From positions 23 through 64,022 of the forward strand of contig JANRKD010000001.1 of the NCBI GenBank assembly GCA_033763655.1: 64,000 nucleotides of DNA, written 5' to 3'. The translations under genes and the position numbers were made by a program. The notes below the pieces were generated by a model, which was not told the DNA's origin, searched no databases, and saw only the letters and a list, made by a program, of their open reading frames with translations. Positions 46,872 through 56,327 of the stretch are shown here, piece by piece; position 1 is the stretch's first letter; each line of letters opens with the position of its first letter. This DNA comes from Alphaproteobacteria bacterium (GTDB taxonomy: Bacteria > Pseudomonadota > Alphaproteobacteria > Rickettsiales > UBA3002).

Positions 46872-48305
46872 ATGGCTAAAGCAGCACTCAAATCAAAAGG
46901 CAAAGCCAAGCCCGCCAAGAAGAAAATCTCGAAAAGGGCCCGCGTGGATAACACGCCGCAGCGCCCGATTAAACTGCAAGCCGCGCGCAAAGATCAGGCC
47001 ACCCGCTTCAAGCGCACCGGCACAGCGCAGCTTTCGGTCGCCGGCGGCGCGCCGGTTGAGTTCCCGATTTATAAGGCGGTTGAGGGCCCGAGCGTTATCG
47101 ACATCAGCAAGCTCTACGCCGCTACCGGGCATTTCACCTTCGACCCCGGCTTTCTTTCCACCGCCAGTTGTGATTCGGAAATCACCTATATCGATGGCGA
47201 CAAGGGCATCCTGCGCTACCGTGGCTACGACATTGCCGATCTGGCCGGCAAATCGAACTTCCTTGAAACCGCCTACCTGCTCAATTACGGCGACCTGCCG
47301 AACGCCGCGCAGAAAACCTGGTTCGAGCACACCATCACCCGCCACACTATGGTGCATGAACAATTGCAGTTCCTGTATCGCGGCTTCCCACGCCGCGCGC
47401 ACCCGATGGCGATTATGGTCGGCGCGGTGGCCTCGCTCTCGGCATTTTACCATGATTCACTCGACATCCATAACCCCGCCGAACGCGAACTGGCCATGAT
47501 GCGCATGATTGCCAAAATGCCGACGCTCGCCGCCATGTGCTACAAATACTCGGTGGGCCAACCGTTCATGTACCCCAACAACGAACTGGGTTTCTGCGAG
47601 AATTTCCTGCACATGATGTTCGCCACCCCATGTGAACCCTACAAGGTCAACCCGGTGATTGCGGATGCGATGGAGAAAATTTTCATCCTGCATGCCGACC
47701 ACGAACAGAACGCCTCGACTTCAACCGTGCGCCTCTCGGGCAGCTCGGGTGCCAACCCGTTCGCCTGCATCGGCGCGGGCATTGCCTCACTGTGGGGCCC
47801 GGCCCATGGCGGCGCGAACGAAGCGGTCATCCAGCAGTTGCAGGAAATCGGCGACATTAAAAATATCCCGCATTTCATCAAGCGCGCCAAGGACAAGAAC
47901 GATTCCTTCCGCCTGATGGGCTTCGGCCACCGCGTCTATAAAAACTACGACCCGCGCGCGGCGGTGCTGCGTAAATCCTGCCATGACGTGCTAAGCGAAC
48001 TTGGCCAGCAGGACGAACCGCTGCTCAAAATCGCGATGGAGCTGGAAAAAATCGCGCTGAACGACGAGTATTTCGTCGCCCGCAAACTCTACCCGAACGT
48101 CGATTTCTATTCGGGCATCATCTACCGCGCGCTTGGTATCCCAACCAGCATGTTTACTGTGCTGTTCGCCGTCGCCCGCACCGCCGGCTGGGTCGCGCAG
48201 TGGAAAGAGATGATCGAGGATCCGAACATGAAAATCGGCCGCCCGCGCCAGCTATTCATCGGCGCGACACCGCGTAAATTCGTCGCCGTCGGCAAACGCA
48301 AATAA
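46872..48305 (+). CDS. gltA: Citrate synthase (type II) with basic N-terminal extension
   Basis: [27 protein letters not shown] and [14 protein letters not shown] blocks. About 50 extra Lys/Arg-rich N-terminal residues. Confidence 0.9.
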   Translation: MAKAALKSKGKAKPAKKKISKRARVDNTPQRPIKLQAARKDQATRFKRTGTAQLSVAGGAPVEFPIYKAVEGPSVIDISKLYAATGHFTFDPGFLSTASCDSEITYIDGDKGILRYRGYDIADLAGKSNFLETAYLLNYGDLPNAAQKTWFEHTITRHTMVHEQLQFLYRGFPRRAHPMAIMVGAVASLSAFYHDSLDIHNPAERELAMMRMIAKMPTLAAMCYKYSVGQPFMYPNNELGFCENFLHMMFATPCEPYKVNPVIADAMEKIFILHADHEQNASTSTVRLSGSSGANPFACIGAGIASLWGPAHGGANEAVIQQLQEIGDIKNIPHFIKRAKDKNDSFRLMGFGHRVYKNYDPRAAVLRKSCHDVLSELGQQDEPLLKIAMELEKIALNDEYFVARKLYPNVDFYSGIIYRALGIPTSMFTVLFAVARTAGWVAQWKEMIEDPNMKIGRPRQLFIGATPRKFVAVGKRK

Positions 48306-48306
48306 T

Positions 48307-48338
48307 ACCAATTTGCAATCAAAGGATTGCAAATTGGT
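48307..48338. terminator. Perfect 14-bp inverted repeat between convergent gltA and flagellin-like genes
   Basis: ACCAATTTGCAATC aaag GATTGCAAATTGGT. Confidence 0.6.
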
Positions 48339-48443
48339 TCGCGTTCAAGCGCCACGCAAGCTTCGCGCACCCTTGGTGCTTGCCGATTCGCATAGGTTCT
48401 TTATCTCACCCATCGAATGCGAATCGGTATAACGTAAATAGCG

Positions 48444-49259
48444 CTACTCGGCGAGCAGTTCAAGGAACGAGGGCGGCAGGCGGTTGGTCTGCGTGCCAAG
48501 CGCCTCACGGCCAATGGGCAGGCTGGCCGTGCTCTCCTCCAGCCCGAAGAGCTGGCTGGTGAAGTCGGCTTCGCTGAAGGTCGAATTCGCCGCCTCCTGA
48601 TTCTGGATGGCGCTTTGCAGCGTGCTGGCCGCGAGGTCCAACCCTTCCTGCAACACCTGGATATTGGCCCGCTGGCCCGCCGCATAATCAACCGCCGCTT
48701 TCACGGTGGCTTCCGCCACTTTGGCGCCGCTTACGGTCGCGATGTCGGGCTGGGTGCCTTTGAATAAAGTGGCATCGGTAAAGCTGCCGACCGAGAGATT
48801 TTTCTGGTCACCACTGTCGGTGGCAATTTTCAACTGCGGCGACGAGCCATCAAGCAGACGCTCGTTCTGAAACCGGGTGGATTGGGCAAGCTGGTCAATC
48901 TGTCCGCGCACCGCCTGAAACTCGTGGTTCAGCGTCGCCCGCTCCTCGGCGGTAACGGCAGGGGCGCTGGCGCGGGCGGCCAGTTCGCGCAGGCGGTCGA
49001 GCTTCTGGCTGATTTGCTGCGCGCCGTTTTCAGCGGTGCTGAGCAGCGCGCCCGCCTGAGCCACCGCCCGCGAGGCAATACGCAGCTGCGCAATCTGGTT
49101 CTGCAGGCCGATGGCGGCGGTGAGATTCGCGCTGTCACCCGCCTTTTCACGCGGGGAAGCGGCCAGCAACGTGTTAAATACCGCCGCCGCCCGGGCGTTA
49201 ACCCCGCCGGACGTGCGCGTAAGACCCGCTGCAATGGTTGCAATCGTCGAGACCGTCAT
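48444..49259 (-). CDS. Flagellin-family protein (short, divergent)
   Basis: N-terminal LQNQIAQLRIASRAVAQAGALLSTAENGAQQISQKLDRLRELA...TRFQNERLLDG and a flagellin-like C-terminal helix. ATG at 49259 behind GAGGAG. Confidence 0.65.
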   Translation of the reverse strand: MTVSTIATIAAGLTRTSGGVNARAAAVFNTLLAASPREKAGDSANLTAAIGLQNQIAQLRIASRAVAQAGALLSTAENGAQQISQKLDRLRELAARASAPAVTAEERATLNHEFQAVRGQIDQLAQSTRFQNERLLDGSSPQLKIATDSGDQKNLSVGSFTDATLFKGTQPDIATVSGAKVAEATVKAAVDYAAGQRANIQVLQEGLDLAASTLQSAIQNQEAANSTFSEADFTSQLFGLEESTASLPIGREALGTQTNRLPPSFLELLAE

Positions 49260-49407
49260 GGTGTTCACTCCTCGTTTAGATTACATTCTAAACGTCTATT
49301 ATGCATCAACGGCACCTCTTGGCGGGTACCGCGCGCGCATGAGGCTTGCCCCATATTCGCAATTGCATTATACATGGAACCCCGAACAATTCAACAGGAA
49401 AAACACC

Positions 49408-49707
49408 ATGCTCAACCCCTTCATCGACCTCATCAGCAACATTATTTTTCTTATTAATCTGGCGCTTATTGGGTGGATGCTCCTCGGGCTGCTCATCCAT
49501 TTCGATATTGTCAACCGCACCAGCCCCATCGTCGCCACCCTCTACAGCACGCTGGGCCGCCTGATTGAGCCGCTGCTGCGCCGCCTGCGCCGCGCCTTCG
49601 GCAAATTCCTACCCGACCTGAACGGCATCGATTTGTCGCCCATCCTGCTGTTTCTGTTGCTGCATTTCCTCGACAACGCGCTCTATAGCTGGTTCTACCG
49701 GATTTAG
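49408..49707 (+). CDS. yggT: YggT family membrane protein
   Basis: 99 aa, two TM pairs, with a GIDLSPILLFL block. Confidence 0.7.
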   Translation: MLNPFIDLISNIIFLINLALIGWMLLGLLIHFDIVNRTSPIVATLYSTLGRLIEPLLRRLRRAFGKFLPDLNGIDLSPILLFLLLHFLDNALYSWFYRI

Positions 49708-49829
49708 CCCGCGCCGTTGGGTAGGGGATGACAAATGGCACCGGCCTCATGGGTGGGGGCGTAGGCCACCACCCGCGCCACACACAATTGCGAGCGAAGC
49801 GCGGCAATCCAGTTTGGCCACCTTGACCT

Positions 49830-50297
49830 CTCCCCTCGTCATGCCGTCGTAGGACGGCATCCATCTTTAAGGTAGACCCCGCAATCCATGCGGGGTGGTT
49901 GGGGTAGGTTGGGATGACAGGTGGGGTTGGGGTGAGGGTATCGGCTGTGGGCTGCGGCTGGCCGCCACCGGCCACTTCCCCATCCCTTTGTCGTGCCAGC
50001 GCAGGCTGGCATCCAGCCCCTTTAAGAGAATCTCGCGGCGCAGACGCGCCGTGATGGATGCTGAAGCAAGTTCAGCATGACACATGGTGGGGCTGGTGGC
50101 TGTCGGCTGTAAGCTGGGATTGGTGCCACATGCTTTTTCACTCGACTCTAGCTACGCGACTCTTCTCTTGCTACCCAGCCCTCACCCCGGCCCTCTCCCG
50201 CAGGCGGGAGAGGGGGGCGACTCCCCTCGTCAGCCACCGTCCTCTATTCACTTCACTTTCTTTCTTCACTGGCTACCGGCTACTGGCTACCGGCTAC
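49830..50297. repeat. Composite palindromic intergenic repeat, copy 2 (with an extra upstream unit)
   Basis: Hairpins at 49841-49860, 49877-49895, 49994-50011 and 50058-50078. GGGAGAGGG palindrome at 50179-50217 and heptad array at 50270-50297. Collinear with 171-522. Confidence 0.8.
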
Positions 50298-51151
50298 CGG
50301 AACACCACCGTTTTACTGCCGTTGAGCAGCACGCGGTGTTCGAGCTGGTATTTCAGCGAGCGCGTCAGCACCTGCGCCTCGATATCCTGCCCCATGGCGG
50401 CCAGCGCCTCGGGCGAGTAGCTGTGATCCACCCGGGTGACTTCCTGATCGATAATCGGGCCTTCATCGAGCGCATCGGTGACATAATGCGCAGTGGCCCC
50501 AATCAGCTTCACACCACGCTCATAGGCCTGATGGTACGGTTTCGCGCCCTTGAAGCTCGGCAGGAACGAATGGTGGATATTGATCGCCCTGCCCCGCAGA
50601 TGCGCTGAAAGCCCGGGGCTGAGAATCTGCATGTAGCGCGCCAGCACCACGGTATCAATCTGCTCATCGGCGATAAGCGCGCTGATTCGCTGTTCCTGCG
50701 CCGCCTTGTCGCCGTTTTCAATCGGCAGGTGGTGAAACGGGATGCCGTGCCACTCGACAATGCCGCGCGCGTCGGGATGGTTGCTGATGACAGCGGGAAT
50801 CTCCATCGCCAGTTGCCCGGTGCGGTAGCGATGCAGCAAGTCGTTCAGGCAATGCAGCTGCCTGCTGACCAGAATCAGCACGCGGGCCTTGGCCGCCGCA
50901 TCGTCGAGCCGCCACTCCATCGCAAAAGGCGCCGCCACCTCGGCAGCAAACTGCGCCTGCAGAACGTCACTGCCCGGGGTGGCCGCACCGCCGGCAAACT
51001 GCACCCGCATGAAAAACCGCCGGGTGGAGGGATCGCCAAACTGCGTCGATTCAATAATGAAGCCGTCCTGCCGGGCGAGAAAGCCCGATACCGCCGCAAC
51101 GATGCCGCGCGTGTCGTGGCAGGAAAGGGTGAGGATGTAGGTGGTGGTCAT
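50294..51151 (-). CDS. purU: Formyltetrahydrofolate deformylase
   Basis: N-terminal ACT-like YILTLSCHDTRGIVAAVSGFL and a formyltransferase core INIHHSFLPSFKGAKPY. ORF trimmed to MTTTYIL. Confidence 0.9.
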   Translation of the reverse strand: MTTTYILTLSCHDTRGIVAAVSGFLARQDGFIIESTQFGDPSTRRFFMRVQFAGGAATPGSDVLQAQFAAEVAAPFAMEWRLDDAAAKARVLILVSRQLHCLNDLLHRYRTGQLAMEIPAVISNHPDARGIVEWHGIPFHHLPIENGDKAAQEQRISALIADEQIDTVVLARYMQILSPGLSAHLRGRAINIHHSFLPSFKGAKPYHQAYERGVKLIGATAHYVTDALDEGPIIDQEVTRVDHSYSPEALAAMGQDIEAQVLTRSLKYQLEHRVLLNGSKTVVFR

Positions 51152-51236
51152 GGAAAAGCCCGATAGGTTGTCATGCGTGGCCGAAGCCGGGCGGCTGTCG
51201 TAACCGGAAAGCGGCCCCGTTGCAACAGGCGCACGC

Positions 51237-53174
51237 TTATGCCTGCGGCGGCGCAAAAAGGCAGCAGATCCGGGTGCCGTGGCCCGGTTCCGATTCGACA
51301 TGGATTTCACCGCCATGCAGATCCATGAAGCGTTTGACCAGGCTGAGCGACAGCACCGAATCCGCCCCGGAAACATGGGCGCCACGGAAGAACGGGTCGA
51401 ACAGGGTGTCGCGCCGTTCAGCATCCAGCCCCGGCCCGTCGTCGCGCACCGAGAGGCGGCGGCGGCCATCCTTCAGAATATCCACCAGCACCTCGATATT
51501 GCCTTTTGATTTGGTCACCCGCACGGCGTTGGAGAGCAGGTTGGCGAGAATCTGCTTCACCCGCATTTCATCGGCCACCAGCGTTACTATTTCAGGCGCA
51601 ATTTTCACGTCGATGGTTACATCCTGCAGGGTCATTCGCGCCCGCAGCAGCGCAATGACCGCCGCCACCGCCGCGCGGATATCGAAGGGTTTCACCTCAA
51701 GTTTGAGGAACCCGGCCTCGATGGTGGCCAGGTCGATAATGTCGCCAATCAACCCGCCGAGATGCTGCGACGACTGGAAAATCCCCGAGACATAATCCTT
51801 CTGCGTTGCGTTCAGCGCCCCCGCATATTCATGCATCAGCATTTCCGAGAAACCCGAAATCGAGGTCAGCGGCGAGCGCAACTCATACGACATGTTGGCA
51901 AGGAACTCCGTTTTCATACGGTCGGCGGTTTCGAGCGCCGCCGCCCGGTCGCGCAGCGAACGCTCGACCAGCGTCGAATCCGTCACGTCGATAAAGCTGA
52001 GCAGCGTCGCCCCGTCGGGCAGCGGCACCACGGAGCAATCGACCACCGTGCCATCCGCGCGCTCGAACCGCAGCGACAAATGCCGCCGCTGCTGGAAGCG
52101 TGACACCAGACTGTCGAGGTAGCGCGCCCAGTCGTCGGTGGTGAAGAACCCACGGGCGCGGTTAAACACCTCGCGGATATGCGGTTCGCTCGCCGTGAAC
52201 TCGCCCTCAAGCTTCCACAGCTTGTTGAAGGTCGGGTTGCTCAGGGTCAGCCGCCCGGTTTCGGCAAACACGGCGATACCCTCATGCAGGTTGTCGAGCG
52301 TTTCGCGCTGCACGGCGATCAGCGTGTTGTAGGAACGCTCAAGCGCGAGGCGGTCGGTCACGTCCTCGTAGGCGAACAGGATGCCGCCCAGCGCATGCGG
52401 GATGGCAATCACCCGCAGCGTGCGCCCGTCGGGCAGGTAGAAGAATTCCTCCTGCGGCTCGATAAGGGTGGTGAACAGCCGCGTCTGCGCCTGCTTGAAG
52501 GCCTTGAAATTCGCCTGCTCGGGCAATTTGCGTTTTTCGCGCATCACTTCGAGCACTTCGCCGTAGCTCGGTTCGCTGTCGAGCCAGGCCTCGTCCATCT
52601 TCCATAAATTGACGAAAGCGAAGTTATAGAATTTCAGCTTGCTGTCGCGCCCGTAAATCGCCATCGCCGAAGTGCTGCTTTCGAGCAGGTCGCGCAGTGC
52701 CGAAACATGGCGCTGGATTTCCTCCTGCGCCTGCTCCAGCTCGCCGATATGGGTGGCATAACCGATCACCCCCTCGCCCTTGAGCGGCAGCTCGCGGATC
52801 ATGTAGAGGCGACGTTCGCCGCCGACGATAATATGGCGCCGCTCGAACTGCTCCTGCCCGGTTTCGAGTGCTTTTCTCGCGAGATTGCGGTGGCCGCGAT
52901 ACAGCTCCATATCGCCGACCGCCAGCACCGCCTCCGAGGTTTCCTCGGCGACTTCGGTGAAGGCGAGGTTGCAAAAGACGATTTTGAGGTCAAGGTCGCG
53001 CTGCCAGATCGGGTTGATCGAACTGTTGATGATATTCGCGTAGCGCCGCGCCTCGGTCTTGAGGCGGCCGTTCTCGGCCACCAGCCGCTCCAGCTCAGAT
53101 GGTGTAACGGCAGGCTGCTGCGCCGCTTCAGGCGCAGCCCGGGTGAAGTATTTTGCAAGGCGGGTGGTAATCAT
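51237..53174 (-). CDS. divL: DivL-like PAS sensor kinase homologue with Tyr at the phospho-acceptor position
   Basis: Multiple PAS-like repeats. The H-box reads FLANMSYELRSPL (TAT codon at 51885-51887). HATPase N and G boxes are present. Confidence 0.75.
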   Translation of the reverse strand: MITTRLAKYFTRAAPEAAQQPAVTPSELERLVAENGRLKTEARRYANIINSSINPIWQRDLDLKIVFCNLAFTEVAEETSEAVLAVGDMELYRGHRNLARKALETGQEQFERRHIIVGGERRLYMIRELPLKGEGVIGYATHIGELEQAQEEIQRHVSALRDLLESSTSAMAIYGRDSKLKFYNFAFVNLWKMDEAWLDSEPSYGEVLEVMREKRKLPEQANFKAFKQAQTRLFTTLIEPQEEFFYLPDGRTLRVIAIPHALGGILFAYEDVTDRLALERSYNTLIAVQRETLDNLHEGIAVFAETGRLTLSNPTFNKLWKLEGEFTASEPHIREVFNRARGFFTTDDWARYLDSLVSRFQQRRHLSLRFERADGTVVDCSVVPLPDGATLLSFIDVTDSTLVERSLRDRAAALETADRMKTEFLANMSYELRSPLTSISGFSEMLMHEYAGALNATQKDYVSGIFQSSQHLGGLIGDIIDLATIEAGFLKLEVKPFDIRAAVAAVIALLRARMTLQDVTIDVKIAPEIVTLVADEMRVKQILANLLSNAVRVTKSKGNIEVLVDILKDGRRRLSVRDDGPGLDAERRDTLFDPFFRGAHVSGADSVLSLSLVKRFMDLHGGEIHVESEPGHGTRICCLFAPPQA

Positions 53175-53266
53175 GGCGCCTATAGTATCGCCAAACACAC
53201 ACTTGTCACGCAAATCTAAGGCTGCGTCCCACCCGAAAAAATGCTCTTACCTTTTTTGAATCGACT

Positions 53267-54787
53267 TTAGTGCGGCGGGAGGCTCGGATCTGAAAGGGCA
53301 ATCTTTCTTAACGCTTGTGACATAGCTTGATTACCAGATTGGGCTACAGCTTGCACCATTGCATCACGTACAACAATCACCTGATTCCCCAGCACTCTCT
53401 TGGCCTGCGCAAGAAATTCCGTAGGGTTAGGTTCCGGAAAAAGTGAGGCCCGCGCCGCAAGGGCTAGTTCAGTAATTTGACTCTCATTAAGTGTCGAGAG
53501 AATCAGCTTTGCAACCGGCGAGTGCTGCGTATCACCGCCATTGATCTGATGACGCCCATTCACTGCATTGAACGCCAGTTGACGCACTTCGCTTGCATTC
53601 TCAGGCGGCCTGAGTTTAAGCAACACATCAATACCTGAAACCAAGTCGCCCTGCTTTACCTTAGTCGGCTCTGTTGCATCGCCCCCCGCTGCCGCCAAAG
53701 AATAGACAAGCGCTTGCGAAATAAGGCGCGCATACTCAGTCAACCGCACCGGCTCGTTATTGAGATAAGCCAGATGACTGGCTTTTTTTACCCAATCCTG
53801 TGGCGGATAGATATTGCCAGCACTCAATCGGGTCTCAAAGAAGATATTGTCGATGGACTGCGTTTCCGAATTCCCCTTCAGCACCAGTTGATAAAGCCCT
53901 GCGCGTCTCAGGCGCGCCTTCAAAAAATCGGCAGGGGTATAATCCCCTAGCGGTGTTTCGGGTGACTTATTGCGCACACGCATTGACGGCACTTCTTCAG
54001 GATTGAGCATGTCGCCACCGCGAATGGTCTCTAGCACGCTTTGTATGCTAGGCGCGGTATCGTTATGCACATCCAACCCACCGATAAAACCGCTCACATC
54101 CTTATTAGCAAGATAGGTCGCAGCAATCATCATTTCGTCAATGGCATTTGCGTTAAGGTCTAGCCCTTCGCTGCGAGACGCTGCCTCAAGCCGCCCGCGC
54201 AGCTGATCCATACGATCCGGTTTACCGAATGGCACGGTCGCCTGAATACCGGCAATGACAGCAGCAATAAATGCTTCGTCCTTGTGCGACTGTTTCAGTT
54301 CGCCAACCGCAACAGCGGCAGAATAAAATTCATTCATGCCCGCAACGGGAGATAATGTGTCTCCCTCAGCAAAACCAAAAATCGCATAGAGCAGGCGGCC
54401 GACACGGTCATCCTCAGCCAGTGGTTTGAGTTTGTTTTTACTGCGATCGATATAGGTATCAATAAAACGGCAGCTAGTATCGTTTGTTTCTTCACCGATG
54501 CTGGGATATTCGATGTCATGAAAAAAGCCACTGACCATCGCATAATTCGGAGCGCTGCCTGGAAGCGAATGATCACGCTCGGCCATTGCATAAAGATGCA
54601 TTGCACCATGAAAAAGTCTACCCTCTCTGTTCCATTGACTGACTAGCCGATTAAACCGCTCAGAATCAAAGCTTTCGCCGAACACATCGCGTAAATTCGT
54701 GAACAGTTCGGAGTGAACTCTTGTAAGATCATTGGCATCGAAGCGTGCGTGCATAGGGGTGCTCCAGATAGTTTGAACCCTATCCAT
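53267..54787 (-). CDS. Orphan 506-aa protein with possible N-terminal HD-type motif
   Basis: FHGAMHLYAM ... GFFHDIEY (H...HD). The rest is unrecognised. Visibly AT-richer than its neighbours. Confidence 0.55.
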   Translation of the reverse strand: MDRVQTIWSTPMHARFDANDLTRVHSELFTNLRDVFGESFDSERFNRLVSQWNREGRLFHGAMHLYAMAERDHSLPGSAPNYAMVSGFFHDIEYPSIGEETNDTSCRFIDTYIDRSKNKLKPLAEDDRVGRLLYAIFGFAEGDTLSPVAGMNEFYSAAVAVGELKQSHKDEAFIAAVIAGIQATVPFGKPDRMDQLRGRLEAASRSEGLDLNANAIDEMMIAATYLANKDVSGFIGGLDVHNDTAPSIQSVLETIRGGDMLNPEEVPSMRVRNKSPETPLGDYTPADFLKARLRRAGLYQLVLKGNSETQSIDNIFFETRLSAGNIYPPQDWVKKASHLAYLNNEPVRLTEYARLISQALVYSLAAAGGDATEPTKVKQGDLVSGIDVLLKLRPPENASEVRQLAFNAVNGRHQINGGDTQHSPVAKLILSTLNESQITELALAARASLFPEPNPTEFLAQAKRVLGNQVIVVRDAMVQAVAQSGNQAMSQALRKIALSDPSLPPH

Positions 54788-54874
54788 AACATCCTAATGC
54801 ACCCTATTTATGACGGATTTATTAAGATTTTATGACAACCATCTGCCGGTTTTTTCACGCCGCCGCCACGCCAC

Positions 54875-56191
54875 TTAGTAGCGGTACCAGTCCTTCTTAA
54901 ACGGGCCGTTGGCGCTGACCCCGAGATACTCCGCCTGCTCCTTGCTGAGTTTGCTCAGCTTCGCGCCGACGCGGGCGAGGTGCAGCTCGGCCACTTTCTC
55001 GTCGAGATGCTTGGGCAGGACATAGACTTTTTTCTCGTATTTCGTGTGGTTGTTCCACAGCTCGATCTGCGCCAACGTCTGGTTGGTGAACGAGGCCGAC
55101 ATGATAAAGCTCGGGTGGCCGTTGGCACAGCCCAGATTCACCAGCCGCCCCTGCGCCAGCAGGATGATGCGTTTGCCATCCGGGAACTCGACCTCATCCA
55201 CCTGAGGCTTGACCGCGTGCCATTTCATGTTGCGCAGCGAAGCCACCTGGATTTCGGTATCGAAATGACCGATATTGCAGACAATCGCGCGGTCTTTCAT
55301 CGCCCGCATATGGTCGAGCGTGATGATGTCGCGGTTGCCGGTCGTCGTCACGAAAATATCGCCCTTATCCTGCACGTCCTCCATCGTCAGCACGGAAAAG
55401 CCTTCCATCGCTGCCTGCAGCGCGCAGATGGGGTCGATCTCGGTGACCACCACGCGCGCACCTTGCCCGCGCAGCGCCGCCGCACAACCCTTGCCGACAT
55501 CGCCATACCCGGCGACGACGGCCATCTTGCCCGCAATCATGACGTTCGTGGCCTGTTTGATGCCATCCAGCAGCGACTCGCGGCAGCCATAGAGGTTATC
55601 GAATTTCGATTTCGTCACCGAATCATTGACGTTGAACGCGGGCACGCCGAGCTTTCCGGCCGCCTGCATTTCGAGCAGGCGATGGACGCCGGTGGTGGTT
55701 TCCTCCGAAATGCCACGGATTTCCCTCAGCATCTCGGGGTATTTCTCGTGGACGATGCGCGTCAGGTCGCCGCCATCGTCGAGAATCATGTTAGGTGTCC
55801 AGCCATTTGGACCGCGCAGCGTCTGCTCGATGCACCATTCGTATTCTTCTTCTGTTTCGCCTTTCCATGCAAACACCGGCACGCCGAGCGCCGCCGTCGC
55901 CGCTGCGGCCTGATCCTGCGTCGAGTAGATGTTGCAGCTGCTCCAGCGCACTTCGGCGCCCAGCGCAATCAGCGTTTCAATCAGCACCGAGGTTTGAATG
56001 GTCATGTGCAGGCAGCCGACAACGCGCGCGCCTTTCAGCGGCTGCGCCTTGCCATATTCCGCGCGCAGGGCCATCAGCCCGGGCATCTCGGTTTCCGCAA
56101 TGGTGATTTCGCGGCGGCCCCACGCGGCCAGGCCGATGTCGGCGACTTTATAATCGGTGAAGTTGGCGGGGGCTTTGGCGGTGGCGGCCAT
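54875..56191 (-). CDS. ahcY: Adenosylhomocysteinase
   Basis: [30 protein letters not shown] site and C-terminal [12 protein letters not shown] trimmed to MAATAKAP. Confidence 0.92.
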   Translation of the reverse strand: MAATAKAPANFTDYKVADIGLAAWGRREITIAETEMPGLMALRAEYGKAQPLKGARVVGCLHMTIQTSVLIETLIALGAEVRWSSCNIYSTQDQAAAATAALGVPVFAWKGETEEEYEWCIEQTLRGPNGWTPNMILDDGGDLTRIVHEKYPEMLREIRGISEETTTGVHRLLEMQAAGKLGVPAFNVNDSVTKSKFDNLYGCRESLLDGIKQATNVMIAGKMAVVAGYGDVGKGCAAALRGQGARVVVTEIDPICALQAAMEGFSVLTMEDVQDKGDIFVTTTGNRDIITLDHMRAMKDRAIVCNIGHFDTEIQVASLRNMKWHAVKPQVDEVEFPDGKRIILLAQGRLVNLGCANGHPSFIMSASFTNQTLAQIELWNNHTKYEKKVYVLPKHLDEKVAELHLARVGAKLSKLSKEQAEYLGVSANGPFKKDWYRY

Positions 56192-56327
56192 GGGAATCTC
56201 CTCGGATAATGGTTCCCTACACGCATTACGCGAAAGCCCGGCGGATGACAACCCCATTCAGGAAATTCGTGTCCGGTTAGCCCCAAAATTAATCTTTCGT
56301 TAACGATTGTGGTTTATTCTGAACCTT

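Noticed and set aside
56192-56327. An SAH riboswitch in the ahcY leader.
   Set aside because: The 136-nt leader shows no match by eye to the conserved SAH-element core. It was not tested computationally.
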